Shown here in pieces: positions 32,865-40,222 of a stretch of DNA of 40,222 nucleotides (position 1 is the first letter of the stretch; the number at the start of each line of letters is the position of its first letter). The DNA lies in assembly GCA_031763465.1 (NCBI GenBank), contig JARFOE010000107.1, positions 1 to 40,222 on the forward strand, written 5' to 3'. The notes beneath the pieces are model-generated. The model was not told where the DNA came from. It worked only from the letters and a program-made list of their open reading frames with translations, and did not search any database. The position numbers and the translations under genes were made by a program. This DNA comes from Squatina squatina. Its lineage: Eukaryota.

Positions 32865-33149
32865 CTGCTGAAACTTCCAGGGAACTCTCATAGCCCGCAC
32901 AATGGAAGGTGGGGTTTCCGATACTACTGAAGCTGCTTAAAAGGCTGTTGCCGTCATTGGGAGGGCAGCAGCTTGAGGTGAAGTTTCCATTATACAGCAG
33001 AAAATACTTGTTGGACAGAAAACTGGGTATCTTGTCAAAAGATGGAGTGGTGTAGCCGAAGAATATTTTGCTTGAGCAATACTGCATGAAGTGGATGAAA
33101 AAAGGAATTCCCTGTTTGGCATTCCAGGATACATTTCCCTCAGGAAGGT
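32865..33149 (-). CDS. Candidate internal coding exon (285 bp, phase 1-1) of an unidentified gene, probably an extracellular domain
   Basis: Acceptor CAGCTCCTTCCAG|AC, donor GCAG|GTACAT, 95 stop-free codons in AT-rich unique DNA, two N-glycosylation sequons (NVS, NFT) and four Cys. Confidence 0.5.
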
Positions 33150-33359
33150 CTGGAAGGAGCTGATGTATGTGCCAACTACACCATGCAGAGGACATGGGAA
33201 GAAATGAGGAAGTTTACTGACTCAAAAGAAAGAGCTGTCAAAGTAATATTACCTCATTTCACTACAACAAATAGATGGCAATTGTATGCAAATGACAAAA
33301 CCCGATACACCTTGACTGCAGTCCCATGCAAAGCACTCTTCCAAACTTGTAGTTCTGTG

Positions 33360-33600
33360 GTTACAGTTAATTACATAGAATTTTACAGCACAGAAACAGG
33401 CTTCACTACCCAACCAGTCTATGGTGATGTTTATGCTCCATACAAGCCTCCTCCCACCTTACTTTATCTTACCTTATCAACATCCTCATTCATTCATTCC
33501 TCTCCCCCTCCTGTGTTTATCTAGCTTCCCCCTTAAATGCATGCATGCTATTCGCCTCAACAACTCCTTGTTGTAAGGGGTTCCACATTCTCATTATTGC
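33360..33600 (-). mobile_element. CR1 3' end (antisense)
   Basis: TTACATAGAATT...ACAGCACAGAAACAGGC tail; CTAGCTTCCCCTTAAATGCAT...GTTCCACATTCT. Confidence 0.8.
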
Positions 33601-33964
33601 TTACCATTTATGCCCCAAGATAATAGGGCACACATGTAACTTGCAACTAGAACTCTTGTCACATGAACATTTAAAAAAAGATCTGATTAAAAACTCTTTC
33701 AACATAATTCCTGCTCCTCTGCACACACATGTTGAAATGCAGGATGACCCATTGTACCTGCTCTTCAAACTTCGAACATCTCAACAGTAATTCTCTGCTG
33801 CATGGTAAGGGAATTAGACCCAAAAATTTCAGGTCAACTACTCCATTTGAGGAGCTGACATTGTAAATCAAAAGAAGGGACAATATAGATGGAATGGGCA
33901 AGACGAAGCCCTAAGGCCTTCCACAAGCTGAGGGTTAGTATTCTTCTCCGGTTATATTTAATCA

Positions 33965-35026
33965 TATGCTCGCTCACTTGATCACACACTCGTTTGCTCA
34001 CTCATTGACTCATTCATTCACTCACTCTATCTCATTCACAATCAATCACTCATACACCCAATCATTAACTGATTCACTCAATCACATTCACTCATTCACT
34101 CAATCAATCGCTTTCCCTCAAATCTTCACTCATTTACTCACTCAATCACTCATTCATTCAATCAATCACTCATTCACTCATTCAATCACTCATTTATTCA
34201 AACAATCATTCACCCAATCAATCAATCATTCACTCATTCTCTCATTCACTCAGTCACACACTCATTCACTCAATCACTCACTCATTCACTCAATCATTAA
34301 CTCAGTCACTCATTCACTCAGTCAGCCACCCACACACATTCAGTCAATCACTTACTCATTCAGTCAATCAATCTCTTATTCACTCAATCAATCAATCATT
34401 CACCCATTCTCTCTTTCATTCAATCAGCCACTCATTCACTGAATCATTCAATCATTCACTCAATCACTCACTCACTCATTCACTCAATCAGTTATTCATT
34501 CACTCAATCATTCACTCATTCACTGAATCATTCAGTCATTCACTCAATCATTCAATCAATCATTCAATCAATCACTGATTCACTCATTCAGTATGCATTC
34601 ACTCAATAGCTCCTTCTCTCATCAATCACCCATTCACTCAATAACTCATTCACTCAATGACTCAATCATTCATTCACTCATTCACTCAATAACTGAATCA
34701 ATCACTGAGTCACTCAATCAATCACTCATTGAATCAATCAATCACTGATTCACTCAATCTATCACTCATTCACTCAATCAATCACTCAGTCAATCATTCA
34801 CTCAACCACTCAATCAGCCATTCAGTCATTCAATCATTCACCCAATCATTCACTCATATACTCAAGCACTCACTCAATCACTCATTCACTTAATCACTCA
34901 TTCACTCATTCTCTCATTCAATCAATCAGTCACTCATTCACTCAATCAATCACTCATTCACTCAATCAGTTATTCATTCACTCAATCATTCACTCATTCA
35001 CTGAATCATTCAGTCATTCACTCAAT
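33965..35026. repeat. Mixed (CAAT/CATT/CACT)n tetranucleotide repeat
   Basis: Seen directly in the sequence. Confidence 0.95.
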
Positions 35027-35127
35027 NNNNNNNNNNNNNNNNNNNNNNNNNNNNNNNNNNNNNNNNNNNNNNNNNNNNNNNNNNNNNNNNNNNNNNNNNN
35101 NNNNNNNNNNNNNNNNNNNNNNNNNNC

Positions 35128-35673
35128 ATCGCCCTGGCCACCCTGGGGGGCATCGCCCAGATCACACCCTCGCTCTTCCTGAGCAGCGGCAACGTGGCGT
35201 CCAACAGGCACACGGTCTACACCCGGGGCATCACCTGCATCATCAACGCCACCATGGAGATCACCAGCTCGCACTGGCCGGACATTGAGTACCTTAAGGT
35301 GCCCTTACCGGACCTGCCCCACGCCCCGCTCTCCCTCTACTTCGACACGGTGGCGGACAAGATCCACCAGGTCGGGCGGAAGAACGGGCGCACGCTGGTG
35401 CACTGCGTGGCCGGGGTCAGCCGCTCTGCCACCCTCTGCATCGCCTACCTGATGAAGCACCATAAACAGAGCCTGGTGGAGGCGCACGAGTGGGTGAAGG
35501 CCCGTCGGCCAGTCATCCGCCCCAACTTCGGATTCTGGCGTCAGCTGATCGACTACGAGAAGCGTCTCTTTGGCAAGAACAGCATCCACATGGTGCCCTC
35601 GCCCGTGGGCATGGTGCCCGACATTTACGAGAAGGAGACACGAGGACTTATCCCGTACTGGGCCTTTAGATAA
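35128..35673 (+). CDS. DUSP14: Dual-specificity phosphatase DUSP14 (MKP6) or close paralog; single coding exon, N-terminus lost in gap
   Basis: GGIAQITPSLFL...VASNRH...RGITCIINAT...VPLPDLPHAPLSLYFDTVADKIH...LVHCVAGVSRSATLCIAYLMK...WVKARRPVIRPNFGFWRQLIDYE...PYWAFR*. The HCx5R P-loop is intact, there is no intron, and the TAA is at 35671-35673. Confidence 0.9.
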   Translation: MALATLGGIAQITPSLFLSSGNVASNRHTVYTRGITCIINATMEITSSHWPDIEYLKVPLPDLPHAPLSLYFDTVADKIHQVGRKNGRTLVHCVAGVSRSATLCIAYLMKHHKQSLVEAHEWVKARRPVIRPNFGFWRQLIDYEKRLFGKNSIHMVPSPVGMVPDIYEKETRGLIPYWAFR

Positions 35674-35792
35674 AACGCAAGGACAGAGAGTTNNNNNNNN
35701 NNNNNNNNNNNNNNNNNNNNNNNNNNNNNNNNNNNNNNNNNNNNNNNNNNNNNNNNNNNNNNNNNNNNNNNNNNNNNNNNNNNNNNNNNNNN

Positions 35793-38700
35793 CACTCTCA
35801 CTGCTCTGTTCTGTGCTCTCTCCCTCCTCACTGTCACTGGTCCGCTCTGTGCTCTCTCTCTCCCTCCTCGCTGTCACTGCTCCGTTCTGCGCTCTCTCTC
35901 CCTGCTCATTGTCACTGGTCCATTCTGTGCTCTCTCTCTCTACTCCCTCTCACTGCTCCGTTCTGCGCTCTCTCTCCTTCCCCACTGTCACTGCTCCGTT
36001 CTGCACTCTCTCCCCCTCCTCACTGTCACTGCTCCGTTCTGTGCTCTCTCTCCCTCCTCCCTGTCACTGCTCCGTTCTGTGCTCTCTCTCTCTCCTCCCT
36101 GTCACTGCTCCGTTCTGCGCTCTCTCTCCCTCCCCACTGTCACTGCTCCGTTCTGTGCTCTCTCTCTCTCCTCCCTGTCACTGCTCCGTTCTGCACTCTC
36201 TCTCCCTCCTCACTGTCGCTGCTCCGTTCTGTGCTCTCTCTCTCTCCTCCCTGTCACTGCTCCGTTCTGCGCTCTCTCTCCCTCACCACTGTCGCTGCTC
36301 CGTTCTGTGCTCTCTCACTCCTCACTGTCACTGCTCCATTCTGTGCTCTCTCTCCCTCCTCCCTGTCACTGCTCCGTTCTGTGCTCTCTCTCTCCTCACT
36401 GTCACTGCTCCGTTCTGTGCTCTCTCTCTGTCTCCTCCCTGTCACTGCTCCATTCTGCGCTCTCTCTCTCTGTCTCCTCACTGTCACTGCTCCGTCCTGC
36501 GCGCTCTCTCTCTCTCCTCACTGTCGCTGCTCCGCTCTGTGCTCTCTCTCTCTCCTCCCTGTCACTGCTTCGTTCTGTGCTCTCTCTCTCCCTCCTCACT
36601 GTCACTGCTCCGTCCTGCGCTCTCTCTCCCTCCTCACTGTCACTGCTTCGTTCTGTGCTCTCTCTCTCCCTCCTCACTGTCACTGCTCCGTCCTGCGCTC
36701 TTTCTCCCTCATCGCTGTCACTGCTTCGTCCTGCGCCCTCTCTACCTCCTCACTGTCACTGCTCCGCTCTGTGCTCTCTCTCTCTCCTCCCTATCACTGC
36801 TTCGTTCTGTGCTCTCTCTCTCCCACCTCACTGTCGCTGCTCTGCTCTGTGCTCTCTCTCTGTCCTCCCTATCACTGCTCCGCTCTGTGCTCTCTCTCTG
36901 TCCTCCCTATCACTGCTTCGTTCTGTGCTCTCTCTCTCCCTCCTCACTGTCACTGCTCCGTTCTGCGCTCTAACTCCCTCCTCACTGTCGCTGCTCCGTC
37001 CTGCGCTCTCTCTCCCTCCTCACTGTCACTGCTCCGTTCTGCGCTCTCTCTCTCCCTCCTAACTGTCACTGCTCCGTTCTGTGCTCTCTCTCCCTCCTCA
37101 CTGTCACTGCTCCGTTCTGTGCTCTCTCTCTCCCTCCTCACTGTCACTGCTCTGATCTGCGCTGTGTCACTCCTCGCTGTCGCTGCTCCGTCCTGCGCTC
37201 TCTCTCCCTCCTCACTGTTGCTGCTCCGTTCTGTGCTCTCTCTTCCTCCTCACTGTCACTGCTCCGTTCTGTGCTCTCTCTCTCTCCTCACTCTCACTGC
37301 TCTGTTCTGTGCTCTCTCCCTCCTCACTGTCACTGCTCCGTTCTGAGCTCTCTCTCCCTCCTCACTGTCACTGCCCCGTTCTGTGCTCTCTCTCTCTCCT
37401 CACTCTCACTGCTCTGTTCTGTGCTCTCTCCCTCCTCACTGTCACTGGTCCGCTCTGTGCTCTCTCTCTCCCTCCTCACTGTCACTGCTCCGCTCTGTGC
37501 TCTCACTCTCCATCGTCGCTGTCACTGCTCTGTTCTGCGCTCTCACTCCCTCCTCACTGTCACTGGTCCGTTGTGTGCTCTCTCTCTCTAATCCCTGTCA
37601 CTGCTCGCTTCAGCCCTCTCTCTCCCTCCCCTCTGTCACTGCTCCGTTCTGCACTATCTCCCCCTCCTCACTGTCACTGCTTTATTCTGTTCTCTCTCTC
37701 CCTCCTCACTGTCGCTGCTCCATTCTGCGCTCTCTCTCTCTCCCTCCTCACTGTCACTGCTTCGATCTGTTCTCTCTCTCTCTCCTCCCTGTCACTGCTC
37801 CGGTCTGTGCTCTCTCTCCCTCCTCGTTGTCACTGCTCCTTTCTGCGCTCTCTCTCCCTCCTCACTGTCACTGCACTGTTCTGTGCTCTCTCTCCATCCT
37901 GACTGTCGCTGCTCCGTTCTGTGCTCTCTCTCTCCCTCCTCACTGTCACTGCTATATCCTGTGCTCTCTCTCTCCTCGCTTTCGCTGCTCCATTCTGTGC
38001 TCTCCCTCCTCACTGTGGATGGTCCGTTCTATACTCTCTCTCTGTCCTCACTTTCACTGCTCCGTTCTGTGCTCTCTCTCTCCTCACTGTCACTGCTCCG
38101 TTCTGTGCTCTCTCTCTCCTCACTGTCGCTGCTCCATTCTGTGCTCTCTCTCTCTCCTCACTGTCACTGCACCATCCTGCGCTCTCTCACCCTCCTCAAT
38201 GTCACTGCTCCGTTCTGTGCTCTCTCTCGCTCCTCACTGTGGATGGTCCGTTCTGTGCGCTCTCTCACTCCTCACTGTCACTGCTCCATTCTGCGCTCTC
38301 TCTCTCCTCACTGTCACTGCTCCGTTCTGCGCTCTCTCTCTCTCCTCACTGTCGCTGCTCCGTCCTGCGCTCTCTCTCCCTCCTCACTGTCACTGCTCCG
38401 TTCTGCACTCTAACTCCCTCCTCACTGTCGCTGCTCCGTCCTGCGCTCTCTCCGTCCTCACTGTCACTGCTCCCTTCTGCGCACTCTCTCTCTCGTCCCT
38501 GTCACTGCTCCGTCCTGCGCTCTCTCTCCCTTCTCACTGTCACTGCTCCGTTCTGTGCTCTCTCTCCCTCCTCACTGTCACTGCTCCGTTCTGCGCTCTC
38601 TCTCTCCCTCCTCACTGTTGCTGCTCCGTTCTGTGCTCTCTCTTCCTCCTCACTGTCACTGCTCCATTCTGTGCTCTCTCTCTCTCCTCACTCTCACTGC

Positions 38701-38877
38701 TCTGTTCTGTGCTCTCTCCCTCCTCACTGTCACTGCTCCGTTCTGAGCTCTCTCTCCCTCCTCACTGTCACTGCCCCGTTCTGTGCTCTCTCTCTCTCCT
38801 CACTCTCACTGCTCTGTTCTGTGCTCTCTCCCTCCTCACTGTCACTGGTCCGCTCTGTGCTCTCTCTCTCCCTCCTC
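35793..38877. repeat. About 34-40-bp CT-rich minisatellite (CTCCTCACTGTCACTGCTCCGTTCTGTGCTCTCTCTCC), about 85 copies
   Basis: Fills the entire contig; unit length varies through an internal (CT)n tract. Confidence 0.97.
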
Positions 38878-38977
38878 NNNNNNNNNNNNNNNNNNNNNNN
38901 NNNNNNNNNNNNNNNNNNNNNNNNNNNNNNNNNNNNNNNNNNNNNNNNNNNNNNNNNNNNNNNNNNNNNNNNNNNNN

Positions 38978-39066
38978 TTGCCATTCAGATAACAATCTGC
39001 CTTCCTGTTTTTGCCTCTAAAGTGGATAACCTCACATTTATCCACATTATACTGCATCTGCCTTTG
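38978..39066 (-). mobile_element. CR1 RT fragment
   Basis: RQMQYNVDKCEVIHFRGKNRKADCYLNG. Confidence 0.85.
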
Positions 39067-39099
39067 GCAGTTGTGGGGGTGTAGATAAGTAATGTGCCT

Positions 39100-39260
39100 G
39101 AGATCAAAGTAGGCAGTCTTTGAACGCATCAGAAGCCCAAAGTTTGAGGCAGGAGACAAAAGAATGACTTCAGGTTTGCTGATGTTGAGCTGCTGAAATT
39201 TCTGGCTCGTCCATGCACGATCTGGCTCAGCAATATAGGATTGCATTTATACAGAGAGGC
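39100..39260 (-). mobile_element. Old L2-like LINE RT fragment
   Basis: AWTSQKFQQLNISKPEVILLSP resembles the L2 WMxxNFLQLNxxKTE motif. Confidence 0.55.
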
Positions 39261-39619
39261 GCTGCTGCATCAGAAGGCTTTGTAATAATTTTGTTTTGAA
39301 ATTAGGTATAAGGTAAGATAGCCCCTGTACAACTTTAATCTGCTTTCTAAATTGTTAGAATGATTACTGCCTCTGAGGAATATATTGGATAGCCAATTAT
39401 AACTGGCAGATTGACCATGTAGAAACAAGCCTGGTATGGACATCTTGCTCTCTGTGCAAAGTGTTAGCTAGAAGTCAGGAAAGGAAGCTCTTGGTTACAA
39501 AGATAAGCATAGATGAGAGNNNNNNNNNNNNNNNNNNNNNNNNNNNNNNNNNNNNNNNNNNNNNNNNNNNNNNNNNNNNNNNNNNNNNNNNNNNNNNNNN
39601 NNNNNNNNNNNNNNNNNNN

Positions 39620-40222
39620 CAGTAAATGGATTGCAATGGAGGCAAATGTGGGGCCATCCACTTTGGACCCAGATCGGGTAGAACAGGGTCCTTTCTCAGT
39701 GGTGGAAAGCTAAAAACCGTGGAGGTCCAGAGACTTGGGAGCTCCAGGTACACAGATCATTAACATGTCATGAACAGGTACAGAGAATAATCAAAAAGGC
39801 TCATGAGATGCTGGCCTTTATATCTAGAGAACGAGAACACAAGATGGTTAGAAGTTACACTGCAGCTGCACAAAGCCCTGGTTGGACCACACCCAGAGCA
39901 CGGTGAGCAGTTCTGGTCTGGTTGGACCACACCCGGAGCACCGTGAGCAGTTCTGGTCTGGTTGGACCACACCCGGAGCACTGAGCAGTTCTGGTCTGGT
40001 TAGACCACACCCGGAGCACTGTGAGCAGTTCTAGTCTGGTTAGACCACACCCGGAGCACTGTGAGCAGTTCTGGTCTGGTTGGACCACACCTGGAGCACC
40101 GTGAGCAGTTCTGGGCACCGCACCTGAGGAAGGAGATATGGGCCTTGGAGGAAGGGCAGCGTAGGTTTACCCCAATGATAGCTGGACTTCAAGGATTAAG
40201 TTATATGGGGAGATTACACAAA
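39620..40222 (+). mobile_element. CR1 RT C-terminal fragment with internal tandem amplification
   Basis: QRDLG...QVQRIIKKAHEMLAFISR...LQLHKALVGPH...EQFWAPHLR...QRRFT...GLQGLSY. Confidence 0.88.
39878..40114 (+). repeat. 40-bp minisatellite, 6 copies, derived from CR1 coding sequence
   Basis: Units CTGGTTGGACCACACCCGGAGCACTGTGAGCAGTTCTGGT start at 39878, 39918, 39958, 39996, 40036 and 40076. Confidence 0.95.

Noticed and set aside
33671-33930. Signal-peptide-like frame (LPIPSILSLLLIYNVSS) upstream of the orphan exon
   Set aside because: It starts at TTG, not ATG, and its donor CAG|GTACAA is phase 0 in that frame, incompatible with the phase-1 acceptor at 33149. The other frames contain stops.
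28880-34442. His/Thr/Ser/Leu-rich ORFs in GT, CACT and CAAT tracts
   Set aside because: Simple-repeat translations with no coding evidence.
35793-38877. Circular element or LTR interpretation of the terminal direct repeats
   Set aside because: The same exact 77-nt length in three unrelated repeat contigs points to a k-mer assembly artefact.
35570-39084. Multiple 200-545 aa Cys/Leu/Ser-rich ORFs
   Set aside because: These are translations of a stop-poor minisatellite whose variable unit length breaks frame.

Overview
This is eukaryotic (vertebrate) DNA, not prokaryotic. The repeat content (esterase-ORF1 CR1 LINEs, a Penelope element, tRNA-headed SINEs, an RTE tail) points to a cartilaginous fish, probably a shark; this is inference from remembered repeat families. 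The window is a mosaic of 14 short contigs joined by thirteen 100-N gaps, plus two sized gaps inside a GA-rich repeat. Three contigs begin and end with the same 77 nt, which looks like a k=77 de Bruijn assembly signature, so adjacency across gaps should not be trusted. Recognisable host coding sequence is limited to one PUS3 exon (3114-3341, -), one KREMEN2 WSC-domain exon (29607-29760, +) and most of an intronless DUSP14-type CDS (35128-35673, +). The rest is mainly transposon remains and tandem repeats: a near full-length decayed CR1, many CR1 fragments, a Gypsy 5' end with LTR and tRNA-Ser PBS, a decayed hAT-Charlie/SPIN-like transposon, a Penelope element with a degenerate hammerhead ribozyme, SINEs, and several minisatellites with higher-order structure. 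I see no convincing novel multi-gene system. The best leads are an unassigned stop-free symmetric phase 1-1 exon of 285 bp (32865-33149, -), a possible twin-priming CR1 inversion, the Penelope hammerhead, and an unexplained exon-like block at 17.8-18.3 kb. Family assignments come from motif recognition and memory; no database searches were run.
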